63,860 bases of DNA, filler included, from Phoronis australis (GCA_002633005.1; 9 parts of 9 records of this genome joined end to end with filler, not necessarily neighbours in it); one strand, 5' to 3'. Shown: positions 22,725 through 36,269, counted from the whole stretch's first letter. A program made the numbers and translations. Notes: generated by a model not told the origin, from the sequence alone.

Positions 22725-22872
22725 TGGCGAAATAAATTTCGCCAAGTATGTTGCTCTTCCACTAAGTTTTTTACTTGGCGAAATAAATTTCGCCAAGTAT
22801 ATTGCTCTTCCACTAAGTTTTTTACTTGGCGAAATAAATTTCGCCAAGTATATTGCTCTTCCACTAAGTTTT
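22725..22872. repeat. 51-bp tandem repeat x~2.9, each unit with the palindrome TGGCGAAAT-AA-ATTTCGCCA
   Basis: Near-identical units running to the contig end; explains ORFs 22631-22864 and 22683-22946. Confidence 0.9.
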
Positions 22873-25463
22873 TTTTTTTGTTTGTTCGCANNNNNNNNNN
22901 NNNNNNNNNNNNNNNNNNNNNNNNNNNNNNNNNNTTAATTAATTAANNNNNNNNNNNNNNNNNNNNNNNNNNNNNNNNNNNNNNNNNNNNGCCAACCAGC
23001 CCAGCTAACCTTCATGTAAGCCATGATTCTGAAACCGCGAAGCTGTACCGTGCTAAAATCGATCACACTTAATGCACATGGGAAGATAGACTAGGACGCG
23101 TTTGTCCTACACAGCAATGCACAACAATCATTTTTGTAGCGCCACCAAAGTGTTAAAGTACTGAATTACCACTGATCAGATATTTTTTCTTCAGGATGAG
23201 CGAGTTGTAACACCGAAGGACTGTTACTCCGAAGATTATGTTATCAGAGACGCGAAACAGGCGGTGTGTTGTGTTCTTACTCCGAAGGGCCCGGAAGACT
23301 GTAACTTCGAAATAATATGATAATTTACTATTTTTTTACGAACTCCGACTAAGTGACATCAATCTCGACATAATTATGGATCACGACTGACGTTACAACT
23401 GATCCTAGCGTCACGCGCTTGCCGTTTTCATGCATCGAATTTGAAATTTGCGCTGGTGGTATACCCGTTGTTGGTGTTCACGAAATAAAATTTTCTTTTT
23501 TCTGTCACCAGCATATTTACAAATTATGCAAAATAAAAAAACAATTTTCAACGGGAAGATGCGAATTCGTAATGAAGTGTTAATCAAAAGCGATAACTAT
23601 TGGTCCAATTGCGAGCTACTTTTTAAATGTTTCCTGGGTTGAAAACTCCTGCGTTCGTAACACGTACACCGTTGCTTTGTTAGTTTTCCTACAATTTGAG
23701 TTTTACATTTAAACGTTTCATGATTATTATGCGTAAAAACGCCTCGTAGTTCGATATTCTATTTCTGCAACACCATTTAACATTTGATTTTACTGCGCCG
23801 TCGGTAATTCCACGTGAACATTTACTTTGTTCCAATTTCACGTATATCGTAACAAAATTCAGCTCTTACCGTGTTTTTACCACGTTTTTTACTATGTTTT
23901 TTTATCATGTTTTTACCATGTGTAAATAGTCGAGAGAAAGTTTATACATTGAAGTTGCTATTGGAGAACGAACAGCAAACAGGCGATCGGTCATCGACCC
24001 TTTTCTGATCTGTGGTGTCAATATTAGAATAAAGAATTAACAAATCTTGTAAAGGCAGGGACCTCGGGTGTCGTCGTGGTCTCATTTATAAACTAGTGAA
24101 ATTTGATATTAGTGACTTGTTTGTATGCACGTGAACGTATACTAATCTATGCGGAGAAACTTTTTCTACTGTGCTAATTCTTGGAAGCTATTTTTCCAAT
24201 AAAAGCCTGGGGCTACTTGCGGTTCCCCATGATATCATAGCTCTACAGTACTATGGCTGAAGTAAATAAAAATCGGATCCCTTTGTCGTCGTAGTTTTGG
24301 GCTATAGTTCTCGGAAATACAACCGTCTCAGACCCGAGGCCGTGTCTGCAGAGCATAAATTTAAGTGAATTTAATAATTTACATAAGAAACTTTCCGGTA
24401 AAAGCACGCATGCTAATTGGTTGCATTGCGTACTACTAAATCATTTGAATAAATGAAAAATTCAATTAGACAAGATTAACAATGGGAACACTTAAACTAT
24501 TTAGCTGATAAAGAAATCTTCATGACTACCTTCTTCATCTTCAATAGGATCGGAAAGAATTAGACTAGGCCAGCCTAGCATAACGGTGACACAGAGTGCA
24601 TGACAAGGGCATCACGTTTGACCACAAGAACACCTAAAGTGCACCACAGAATGTACAAAAATAGATGTTTGCCGATGTCTGGAATCTGGGTGTGGCCTGT
24701 GGGACCTTATAAGGGGCCAAAAATTGACCTAAGTTAGATATTCGATGTACCGGCCAAATCTGATTAAAAATAAACTACAATGAGCACCGAATCACCCATA
24801 ACCGACAAATTGGACTTTGAAAAGGTCCCGCCAGAAACATAAAATAGACCCCCAAGGCCATCCCAATTGCTGAGCAAGCTCAAACATTCGAGATACCACA
24901 GAAAACATCTCCATATGATTCAGTACATGCCACTGGTCACCCAAATGCCATGTGACGAAATACATTCGGGCTCTCCAGAAATCACCCCCAATATAATCCA
25001 TGGAATGTTGTTTTATGTGAGCTAGATCCAAAGTTTTTGATTGGATATTCTAGGTGCCGACTAAAACTGATTTAAAAAGAGCAATTGTGCCCCAAAGAGC
25101 ATCGAATGACTCTTGTCAAACTTGCATTCTGGAACTGCCCGCCAGAATCCCAGACGGACCCCGAGACATCACAAAAGCAATTCTACATGATTCAGTACAT
25201 GCCACTGACCACCGCCGGTATATGGTTGGGCGCAACAGATACTCTCTCATGTCTCACCAACAGAACGTTGTTGAAATTTTGAGCTATATTAGTTAATAAA
25301 AGGTACGGGCACATATTGAACATGAACAACAATGCCTTGCTGAACACTAAATGACCCAGTACAGTAAATCGCGGTCCGAAAAGCTCGTTCAAATGTTAGA
25401 GGCACCACAAAAACAATGAACGGACGATAACTTTACCCGCCAAATTGCCTTTGCCAAAAAAAA

Positions 25464-25545
25464 TGCCCCGCGTTAGACCCGGCCGAAACCCCAAAACATC
25501 TCACTGCCCCGCGTTAGACCCGGCCGAAACCCCAAAACATCTCAC
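25464..25545. repeat. Exact 41-bp tandem duplication
   Basis: TGCCCCGCGTTAGACCCGGCCGAAACCCCAAAACATCTCAC x2. Confidence 0.9.
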
Positions 25546-28533
25546 ACACGGAAGCTGTTTCAGCTAATTTGAGCCAAATTAGATAAACGACGTCAATACC
25601 TGTTAACATTGATTTAAAGCAAACAGCTGAGTCAAGCAGAGCAAGGAATAACCGCGTCCTGTAAATTGCACTCCAAAGTTACTTGACATGATCGGATACA
25701 GTACATGAGCAAAAATGAGAGCGCACTTCGTCTGGCGAGGTTAAAAAATCCTCAAATTATACCAGATCACTCCTCTCATACCTTCCTCTTGGATTCTGAT
25801 GTACAAAATAGGACCAAACGCAATGCCAAAACGCTAGTTGGTCAATATTACGGGGCTCCTCACTCCCATTACAAAACGGAATTTTCTCAGTCAACTGATT
25901 TTTTCTTTTCGATCGCTTATTTCAAAGGATATTCAGTTACCTTTCAAATGACTTGATTGTCACTGCACTCTCTACATTATAAGACGAACTTGAAAGCTTT
26001 TTGCGAAACTGTTATCTTTATTGATATTACCAATATAAAATAAGCACACAGAGGATTAAGTGTCGCCGAAGACCTTACACTGTATAACACGTGTCATTGA
26101 AGTGGAAATCATTTAACGGAAGGGGATTTTATTGTTCTTTTCAAGGCACATCTAATCAGTAACCAACTCGTTAAAATCCAGTAGCGGGCTATTATTCAAG
26201 TATGTAGAATTTCTTCCTTCCGGAAACAATTTTTCAGCTTTCATTAACTTCCGAAAAGTACAGGACTTATCATATTCCCGGCTTATCATATCCCCGAATT
26301 TACGGCGGGGTAGCCCGGCGACACGGCTCAGTACGATTTCAGATCAATGTTACAATCACAAATTTAAAACAAGCAAACTGAAAAATCATTGGGATAAAAA
26401 TATGAGGCTGACTATATCGAGATATAATTATGGTGCATTTGCTAAATTGTGTTATCATTAAAGCCAATTCCCTGGTTGTCAACAAAAATAAGTAACAAAA
26501 GTATCCTACCCTGGCTGAAGCAGGAGGGTTTAACTGCCTCTCGTNGGGGTGCGATCTCAACCAGTCGACTACAGACATGAACTTCAGTACTCAGCATCCA
26601 AATATTTTTGTCGCCTTCACCCCTCCTCACTAATGATGTTCGGAGTGGCAGAATTGTTCACTTTAAATCAAGTTTAGCCGGTACCTCGAACTCATATCTA
26701 CTCAACAGCATGCCCTTTATAAGATTTTTTTTGTCGTTTCTGGTGGGCCAAACCCAACTAGAGTGTATTATTTTAGTCTCCTATAGGCCATTTAGCTATC
26801 ACCGGCATGAATCGTATGGAGCACACCTGATATTTACTTCGGGTAATGGAGCAAGGGACAACACTGTGGCCCAGACAGAGGCTGGATAACACAAAAGCCG
26901 CATTTGCACGAGGCACGTACAGTTGACACGGAGCTGCTGATACAGAACAGCTGATCGGGCGCAACCTGTATGTGTGTAAATACGACTGACACAGAGCAAG
27001 TCTACACCACAGCAGCCATTTTTGACACCGGTTTGAGAAGTAGCTCAAGCAGCAGTCGATCAGTCGCTCCAATTTCAACTACACGTCTAAACACAAACTG
27101 GATCAAGCCGCAAAGGTTCATCTCTGTTACGCTTGCGCAATAGCGTATATAGGCCTACGTGTGATCCGCTACATTCCACGTGGTTTGGACGATCGCAGAC
27201 AGTCGTGTAAATGACGCCNNNNNNNNNNNNNNNNNNNNNNNNNNNNNNNNNNNNNNNNNNNNTTAATTAATTAANNNNNNNNNNNNNNNNNNNNNNNNNN
27301 NNNNNNNNNNNNNNNNNNCGACAAAATGAAAGGAAGTGCAAGTAGTAGTAGTAATAATAATAAACAGACTTTTTAAAATCCTGAAAACTTAAAATGTCTT
27401 TATTCTACCAAACGGTGTTCAAGAGCACAAACCCACACACAAACATTCAGATTTACATCATTTTTACACTGTCTACGTAGTTTTAATATTTTACATAGAC
27501 CTTTCGCTTAATGTCAACTGTTATCTCCACATCCCAAAAATGATACATTAGAGAGACTTCACTAGTTACATGAGCTGGCAAGACGCATCATTTTAATCAC
27601 TCTATTCATGTACATGTCATGTGATGATTAATTCATTTAACCATAGACTGTTTATAGAGTATCTTTGACTTGACTTCCTCAGTGCAAAATTAACTCAGCG
27701 GTGTGAAGAACTATGTAGTATGTGCATTCTTCCCGAGCAGGGGAGATTAATACAGTATTAAGGTTACCAGTGTATTTTTTGTAGCAAACCTTGGTGTCAA
27801 CATATCATGCTGATACACATAACAGCTTTAGTAGTTAAACTTGTGTGCAGCTCGGCATGATATCGGAATATATGTTTGGTATTTTGTAACAAAGTCCCTG
27901 AAATCTGATTGCTTAGCATAACAATAAGACGTCCATGCAACGCACATGGTGGGTGCCAGTCAATCCATAACAGAAGCCAGGGATGGCACTGGTGGTCCAA
28001 ACTACTGAAATTACTCCCTCCAAAATACAAATGTCCCGCACCAAAGAAAGTAAACAGTATGGCAAATTTTTAAAAGGTGTATGAGTCACAGATATAATGC
28101 AGCCAATGCAACAACTTTGGCAATGAGATTGGCCAATGACAGTGAGAAATGCACCAAAAGCAACCAACAGTATTCGTCAAAGTGAGAAATACACAAGCAA
28201 AAACCAATACGGTTTGTCAAAAGTGTTTCGATTCAAAGGTGAGTGGATACTTTTAATACTGCTGCCAGTACCTCTGACCAGTGTCGCAGGGCAGACGGAA
28301 TAATTATATAAGCACTAAGAATGCATCTTTGCGCGGTAAATTTCTTATTTGGGAAATGACAGATTGCTGAACTATTTGAGCGATGGCCGCTCGGATGAGA
28401 GAGTCAAGAAAATGGCCATCATTTCAAGCTACGTTTTAAATCAGTGCCATTCTTTTCTTACTTTTGTCTGCCACTGAAACCGTCTAAAGCGAATTCTAGC
28501 CGTCCAAAAGATGGCCAAGACGACTCTGGGGTG

Positions 28534-28755
28534 CATGTCAACATTGTGCAACAGACGAGACAGGCGCACATCGACGCGGTTGAATGCACATGGTGGGCGC
28601 ATATCAACATTGTGGAACACACACGATGGGCACATGAAGGGTACAAATCAACATTGTCCAATGTACATGAGAGGCGCACATCAACACTGTGCAATGCACA
28701 TAAAAGGCACATATCAACATTGTGCAATGCACATGGTGGGTGCACATCAACATTG
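28534..28755. repeat. 33-bp minisatellite (CACATCAACATTGTGCAATGCACATGGTGGGCG-like) x~6.5
   Basis: Direct inspection; accounts for the overlapping ORFs at 28441-28803. Confidence 0.85.
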
Positions 28756-28958
28756 CCCGATTCTATATGGTCTCTAGCCACTAGGAGTCGTAGCAGTAGT
28801 TAAATTGGTTCAAAATGATGTTAACCATGAAATCCTGAAAATGAATATGTCCCTTAGATTCCATGGCAATCCTCAAAGTAGTTTGGCAAATAGAGAGACA
28901 GAAACCACAAAATGGTTATTATGTTCGGTGCTCGATTTGACAACCTGCAAGTCACCAG

Positions 28959-29357
28959 GGCCCGGTCTCCAATCTTTTACTCGAAATGGAACTCGAAATT
29001 AGGTTTGGCATTTTCTACTCTACTTTTGGGCGAACTCAAGATAAGTGTTTATTATTCTATGCTCGAGTACACAATAACTTACGTAGATAATTTATTGCCC
29101 TTAGTTCACAGTTTGTAAACCCAATATTAAAGCAATAAGTTCGAGTTTGAACTCGAAATTTCGAGTTTTTACTCGAGTTTGTAGCACGAATATAAGGGTC
29201 TTCAAGGGCAAACTTGAAGTAGAAACTCCTATGCATAAAATATATGTATTCGAGCACAGTCTGATAACCAATTATCTTAAGTTCACTCAAAAGGAGCAGA
29301 GAAATTGCCAAAAATAGTTTCAAGTTCGTTTCGAGTACAAAGATTAGAGACCAGGCC
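28959..29357 (+). mobile_element. PIF/Harbinger-type MITE, copy 1
   Basis: TIRs GGCCCGGTCTCCAATCTTT / AAAGATTAGAGACCAGGCC, 3-bp TSD CAG; a second copy is inverted at 31338-31746. Confidence 0.85.
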
Positions 29358-29777
29358 CAGGGGTTTTTGGGGGCCAAAAAAATTTTTGTCTCCAATTACA
29401 AAAATTGTTTCACAGATGGTCGAGGAATGCCGAGAAACTAAGGCCTACCAAGTTTGAGTTCAATTGGATCATTAATGAGGTCACACGGCAAGATCAAATT
29501 TGAAAGACGTCATTTTGAGACCTTTTTCCCGCCTAAAATATTTTTGACCCCGATTTCAATACTTCTTTCACCGTCGGATAGGCTTTTACTTACTGACTCC
29601 AAAAACGTAAGTTGCCACTTCTCGTGAGCCCTAATAAGGTCACGGCAGAGGACTGAAGTTGCAAAATTGGGGGGGGGNNNNNNNNNNNNNNNNNNNNNNN
29701 NNNNNNNNNNNNNNNNNNNNNTTAATTAATTAANNNNNNNNNNNNNNNNNNNNNNNNNNNNNNNNNNNNNNNNNNNN

Positions 29778-30505
29778 GCTGGCCTCCGCTGGCCTCCGCA
29801 GGCCTCCGCTGGCCTCCACTGGCTTTCACTGGCCTCCACTGGCCACCACTGGCTTTCACTAGCATCGACTGGTCTCCATTGAAATCGACTGGCTTCCACT
29901 GGCCTCCACTGGCCTCCACTGTCCTCCACTGGCCTCCAATGGCCTCCACTCTCTTTCACTTATCTCCGCTGGCCTTCACTGGCCTCAACCAGACTGGCTT
30001 TCAATGGCCTCGACTGGCCTCCGCTGGTCTCCTCTGGCCACCGCTGGCATCCGCTGGACTCCGCTGGCCCCCGCTGGCCTCCGCTGGCCTCCACCGGCCT
30101 CGCTGTTCTCCGCTGGCCTCCGTGGCCTCCGCTGGCCTCTGCTGGCCTCCGCGGCCTCCGCTGGCCTTCGCTGGCCTCCGCAGGCCTCCGCTGGCCTCCA
30201 CTGCCTTTCACTGGCCTCCACTGGCTTTCATTAGCCTCGACTGATCTCCATTGGCCTGGACTGGCTTCCACTGGCCTCCACTGGCCTCCACTGTCCTCCA
30301 CTGGCCTTCACTGGCCTCCACGAGCTTTCACTTGCCTCCGCTGGCCTCGGCTTGCCTCTGCTGGCTTTCACTGGCCTCAACCGGCCTCCACTGGCTTTCA
30401 ATGGCCTCGACTGGCCTCCATTGGCCTTGACTGGCCTCCGCCGGCCTCCGCTGGTCTCCGCTGGCCTCCGCTGGCCTCCACTGGCCGCCGCAGGCCTCCG
30501 CCGTC
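29778..30505. repeat. 10-bp minisatellite (CTGGCCTCCR)n
   Basis: Obvious periodic array from the contig start. Confidence 0.95.
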
Positions 30506-31337
30506 CTGTCCGATATTTAGGTTCTCCGAAGGTTTGCTAGTTGTGTTTTTTAAAGATCAGTCGGAACATAAATGTGGTTTTCGTTGACAAGATATAGTAA
30601 CACAACAATTCCGTGAAGGTAAGCCTTTATTTCAGCAAAGAATTTACAACAGTCCGTAGTATTTTCAATTAAATATAATGGAAAATGTGCCAAAACGTCC
30701 GATAATTAGGTCACTTGACTGTAGTACATTATGATCCGAAGCTGAGGACGCCTGTGCGCGGGATGAAATGCGCACAGAAAGTAATGGGAAGTATTGTAGC
30801 TTCCAAAAGGCCAACCGAGGGGCTACACCCCTGTGTATGCCTGGGCTGAAGCATCCAGGGCAATGTAATGTCTATCTAAACACAAGCTCGAATCAATGTG
30901 AACATTGAGTTATGAACAACGGGGCCGACTTGTAGGACCAATGTTAATGAGTTGGGCCGTTGGCGTTAGCTCCAGGGATGTATCCCGGATTTTCAATTAG
31001 GGGGACCAGAGCTAATTATTAACCAGGCTTTTGCCCGTCAGACATTCGCACCCTCGAACTGCCAAATGGAATCTGGGAGAATTTTATGCCATTAATGACC
31101 CCTTTCCCCCCCCCTCCCTCTAAATCCGCCAGTGAGCTCGGTTGGCTTTTCTCAGTTTTTTGCAATTAAGTCAAAAAACGCTACCAAATCAAATCACAGA
31201 CCTACACGTACCAACCTTACAAATGTCGTTGTCTCGTCTGCTCTATAGTCTAACCTGGTTTTAACCTGGTTCCCGGGCCTCACAAGATGACGTCACGGAT
31301 AACTTGGGTCTGTGGAGGGTGGAGGAGACTAAACCTG

Positions 31338-31746
31338 GGCCCGGTCTCTAATCTTTGTACTCGAAACGAACTCGAAACTATTTTTGTCAATTTCTCTGCT
31401 CCTTTTGTGCCAACTTAAGATAATTGGTTATCAGACTGAGCTCGAATACATTATAGTTTATGCATAGGAGTTTCTAGTTCAAGTTTGCCCTTCGAAGACC
31501 CTTATATTCGTGCTACAAACTTGAGTAAAAACTCGAAATTTCGAGTTCAAACTCGAACTTATTGCTTTAATATTGGGTTTACAAACTGTGAACTAAGGGC
31601 AATGAATTATCTACTAATTATCTCTATTATTGTGTACTCGAGCATAGAATAATAGACACTTATCTTGAGTTCGCCCAAAAGTAGAGTAGAAAATGCCAAA
31701 CCTAATTTCGAGTTCCATTTCGAGCAAAAAGATTGGAGACCGGGCC
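31338..31746 (-). mobile_element. PIF/Harbinger-type MITE, copy 2
   Basis: TIRs GGCCCGGTCTCTAATCTTT / AAAGATTGGAGACCGGGCC, TSD CTG; highly similar to the reverse complement of 28959-29357. Confidence 0.85.
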
Positions 31747-31749
31747 CTG

Positions 31750-31902
31750 GCGTGCGTTCAGTAGACGCTAGGACCTACGCTAGGACCTAGCTAAAACCTA
31801 GTCAAAGTCACGTGCTCTTATTTTACGTGCACGGCTATATCTCACGTAATCTCGCGAAGTCTTGCTTTTTAGCAAGGTCCTAGCGTTACTGAACGAGGGG
31901 AG
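31750..31902. mobile_element. Short Harbinger-type MITE (GTTCAGTA..CGCTAGGACCT TIRs); relatives at ~37748-37885 and ~38139-38276
   Basis: Inverted ends GTTCAGTAGACGCTAGGACCT / AGGTCCTAGCGTTACTGAAC, flanked by CTG. Confidence 0.65.
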
Positions 31903-32375
31903 CTGGTTTCCGGCATTTTCACGAAAGACGTCGCTCTAGTCGCTTGGCAGTCCCAGAGACCGTTAGCGTCTTTGCTATAGTCTGTGGTTTGATAGATACT
32001 TATGTGACGGGAGCGCCGTCTATTGATGGACTCGTGAGTAAAGACGAGTCGTCAGTTAAGACCAGAAGCTAGAGTGGATTGATAACTATATGCTAAATCA
32101 CAATCAAGGTCCATATTCCAGAGTTGACAGTGTTACGCTCTAAAATAAATTTTTTGGTCACTTACCAAATGCCAACTGAATCTCATATGAATAGAGTTAT
32201 TTAGTTGTGCAAATTAAAAAACGAATCATCAAAATCGGCCATTGTTTGAGAAATTTATGCATGTTTTTGTCTATGAACTTCATGCATTTTTAGCGTTACG
32301 AGTGGCCATTTTAAAAATTACAATTTTCAGGTATCAACAGTAGAAAAGAAATTTATTCAATTAAGTAAGGAACTG

Positions 32376-33087
32376 NNNNNNNNNNNNNNNNNNNNNNNNN
32401 NNNNNNNNNNNNNNNNNNNNNNNNNNNNNNNNNNNNNNNNNNNNNNNNNNNNNNNNNNNNNNNNNNNNNNNNNNNNNNNNNNNNNNNNNNNNNNNNNNNN
32501 NNNNNNNNNNNNNNNNNNNNNNNNNNNNNNNNNNNNNNNNNNNNNNNNNNNNNNNNNNNNNNNNNNNNNNNNNNNNNNNNNNNNNNNNNNNNNNNNNNNN
32601 NNNNNNNNNNNNNNNNNNNNNNNNNNNNNNNNNNNNNNNNNNNNNNNNNNNNNNNNNNNNNNNNNNNNNNNNNNNNNNNNNNNNNNNNNNNNNNNNNNNN
32701 NNNNNNNNNNNNNNNNNNNNNNNNNNNNNNNNNNNNNNNNNNNNNNNNNNNNNNNNNNNNNNNNNNNNNNNNNNNNNNNNNNNNNNNNNNNNNNNNNNNN
32801 NNNNNNNNNNNNNNNNNNNNNNNNNNNNNNNNNNNNNNNNNNNNNNNNNNNNNNNNNNNNNNNNNNNNNNNNNNNNNNNNNNNNNNNNNNNNNNNNNNNN
32901 NNNNNNNNNNNNNNNNNNNNNNNNNNNNNNNNNNNNNNNNNNNNNNNNNNNNNNNNNNNNNNNNNNNNNNNNNNNNNNNNNNNNNNNNNNNNNNNNNNNN
33001 NNNNNNNNNNNNNNNNNNNNNNNNNNNNNNNNNNNNNNNNNNNNNNNNNNNNNNNNNNNNNNNNNNNNNNNNNNNNNNNNNNNNNNN
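32376..33087. other. Sized assembly gap (712 N)
   Basis: N run with no linker core. Confidence 0.97.
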
Positions 33088-33886
33088 TCACAATAAAATG
33101 GCTGCCGAAGGCAGTGCACATTTGAAATAACTCGGCACAAATTAAAGAAAACTTCCGAATCGATGAATGCGGTATATCTGTGAGAGTTAAATCGAATCCT
33201 ATTCAGATCATAACTTTGAAGTGGAATAATTCGGTGAGTACAACAGCAAGTCGGTTTTATGCTTAGGCGGACGAACATTGGGTTCCCCAGTATATTACTT
33301 TCTTCCACAAAATTTCGTAAAAATTCACATTACTTCAGAATCCAGTATAGTATACTGGCCAATTATCATAAAATGTTTCGTATACGTTACTGGTGACGTA
33401 TTCCTTGACTCTTTAACTTTGAAATGCAGGAGTTCGATCAAAACAGAGATAGATTTAAGCAGCTGTAAATCCACCGACATTCCTTCACTGGAAGTCGCCA
33501 TGTTGGTGAACTAGTTTGACCTATTATACAACTGACCAATAGAATGCCTTGTTTCTTGAAATCGGATCAGCCAATGGTATTCCAAGAATGCGGATGGAAA
33601 AGTGCCCTTCAGCAGACCCCAACCAACCTCGAGGGTCTGTGCCAAAGATACTATATCCCCTATAAAATCTTTGTCTGTGCAGGAGACTAATCTGGTTTCC
33701 GGCATTTTCACGAAAGACGTCGCTCTAGTCGGTTGGCAGTCCCTATCTATCTATAGTCTATGGTTTAATAGATACTTATGTGACGGGAGCGCCGTCTATT
33801 GATGGACTCGTGAGTAAAGACGAGTCGTCAGTTAAGACCAGTAGAAGCTAGAGTGGATTGATAACTATATGCTAAATCACAATCAA

Positions 33887-36269
33887 GGTCCATATTCCAG
33901 AGTTGACAGTGTTACGCTCTAAAATAATTTTTTTGGTCACTTGTACCAAATGCCAACTGAATCTCATATGAATAGAGTTATTTAGTTGTGCAAATTAAAA
34001 AAAATCATCAAAATCGGCCATTCTTTGAGAAATTTATAAATGTTTTTGTCTATGAATTTCATGCATTTTTAGCGTTACGAGTGGCCATTTTAAAAATTAC
34101 AATTTTCAGGTGTCAACAGTAGAAAAGAAATTTATTCAATTAAGTAAGGAACTGCTTAGATATGACTGGGAATAACTTGAGTCACTTTCAGAATCACTTA
34201 ATGAAGTTGTGGTTGATCATTGAGAAATGTTGTGTTCATCATAAAACAGGCACTCGTTACGAAATTTGTAAATTCTGTGTTTCTAACCCTCACCTACTAT
34301 AAAGAAGGTTTAAAACTAAAGTTCACACTCTGTAATAAAAAGAACTGAAGAACATGTTAGCCTAGGCAACACAGCAAATTATTCAATATCTAAACAAAGA
34401 AAAAGTTTGGATATTGACTGTGTTCTGCTATGTTGAAAATGGGCCAAAAATCTAAAAAAAATGTAGTGTACGTACCCCCATGTGGAATTCAGTAACACAA
34501 ATGGTCATTGCAAATGAAATTGTTACCTTTTAAATAACAACATGCTTATTATCATCAAAGAAAAATAAATGCCCATACAACATTATGTTACCACGTGATG
34601 CAGAAACAGTGATGTAGTGTACGTACCCCCCCCTGTAGTGTACCTACCCCCATGTTTACAAATACAATGAAATAAAAATATCACCTGGTAAGTGAGCAAC
34701 ATTGGTCATAGACAGTTTCTTTTCTTAAAATTGTTAGGTTAAAAGGATGTTTATTGCAAATACATTTGTTTTGAGTGAAATATTAGCATTCGTGTGGTGT
34801 ACGTATCCCTATATTTTAATTTGTGCCTATTTTAAAAGTATGGCAGATATGCACATGAATGCTGTGCTTTTAATTTTTTTCTCTTTGTATTGATTCAGTA
34901 AATAGACTAACTCTCAGTACNTAAATCGACTAACTCTCAGTACATTCTTAGTATTTAGTTACAAACCTGACACGTCATTAAAATGTATTGTACGTACTCC
35001 TGTTTAGTGTACGTACCCCGATGTGAACAAATACCATGAAACAAAAATATTACACGGTAAGTAAGCAATATTTGTCACAGACAGTTCCCTCCATTAAAAA
35101 TGATAGCTTAAAAGGGTGTTAATTACAAATACATTATTTTGTTTTAAGTGAAGTATTAGCATTTGTGTAGTGTACGTAACCCTAAATTTAACGTGTGCTT
35201 GTTTTTAAAGAATGACAGACATATATGCATTATTATATGTATGCTGTACCTTTTATTTGTTCTCTTTGAGTAGATTTGGTATATGAACTAACTTTCAGTG
35301 GATTCTAAGTATTTTTTATAAACCTAGACCTGACAAGTCATTAAAATGTAGTGTACGTACCCCTGTGTATTGTACGTACATTCAACCTCTGTGTCATAAA
35401 GTATTGCCCACAAATATTTTTAAATACTGCTATTCTCATGAACAATTCTGATGTTTCCAAAATGCATCCAGTCTGACAAAAATAAAACAATGAAAAACAA
35501 TGGCACATTAACAAATTTGTGGGCAATAAAATGCAGCACAGGACTTGGCTAGTAACATCCTGGAAGACACGTCATGTGACAACTGATGTTGCAGAGTCAG
35601 GTTCTTTGTTTCTCAAGACAACTTGCAACAAAACATCTAGTAGAGGCAGCACAAAACTCGAGATCATCCCATACACTTGTAACTTAGTCAAAATTTGACA
35701 TTGATTGACTGTGCGTAGTGCACGTACCCCCCAACCAGTACCATTTTTTATTGTTTAGAAGTTGAGTACTGGGCCTAGCATTGCTTTAACTATTTTGACC
35801 AACTGGTGAATGTGTTGAAAACTAGGCAAAAAGCACCAATAAAGTTTTTGAAAAAAGTAGATACTTATCATTTTCCTTTTGTAAGGATAATATTGCAAGA
35901 GAAGAAGTTCTCACTATACTGTGTTAAGATAAGCAATGTAATGATCATTTAGAGGAACTTGATCAGCACGGTAATATTTTTTTTTTTACTTTAATATGTG
36001 ATACTTCTTCAATTTGATCAAAAACCTATTAAATTAACAGCTACCTTATGAATTTTTGCATGATAGAAGCGGGCTGTGACCGCAAGTTGTAGTGTTCGTA
36101 CCCTTACATACAACTGCGATGCATTAGGCCATAAAATTTTATTTGGTGGTTCTTGTGCAAAAATATTTTAGATTATAAACCTGGAATGATGGTACTTTAT
36201 AATAAATTAGCTTTTACAGTTATGTTACAACCTTCATTTTTCACCAAAAGTGGCCACCGAATATGGACC
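33887..36269. mobile_element. Non-autonomous Kolobok-like element with an internal ~370-bp duplication and ~11 GTAGTGTACGTACCCC motifs
   Basis: TIRs GGTCCATATTC / GAATATGGACC flanked by TCAA and TTAA. A TTAA TSD with purine-purine termini is characteristic of Kolobok. Confidence 0.65.

Larger units (their letters stand above)
21852..22890. mobile_element. hAT-like element left portion, truncated by the contig end
   Basis: Starts CAGAGTTTCCCCTGCG with CGCCAC subterminal motifs, is related to 16850 and contains tandem arrays. Confidence 0.4.

Noticed and set aside
22725-22872. Palindromic repeats resembling a CRISPR array
   Set aside because: The intervening sequences are near-identical rather than unique spacers, there are no cas genes, and the context is eukaryotic; it is a plain 51-bp tandem repeat
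24580-25420. Diverged ~270-300-bp internal repeats resembling an rDNA spacer
   Set aside because: No rRNA sequence nearby and no termini resolved; probably the interior of an unclassified transposon
26545-26630. VRRGEGDKNIWMLSTEVHVCSR, THAP-like fragment
   Set aside because: Lacks the conserved W, HF and N-terminal cysteines; too short to call
29722-30540. Several ORFs up to 121 aa (WPPLAS / EASGGQ repeats), also 36950-37351
   Set aside because: Translations of the 10-bp minisatellite
32357-33308. 254-aa and 315-aa ORFs
   Set aside because: Read-through of the N gap
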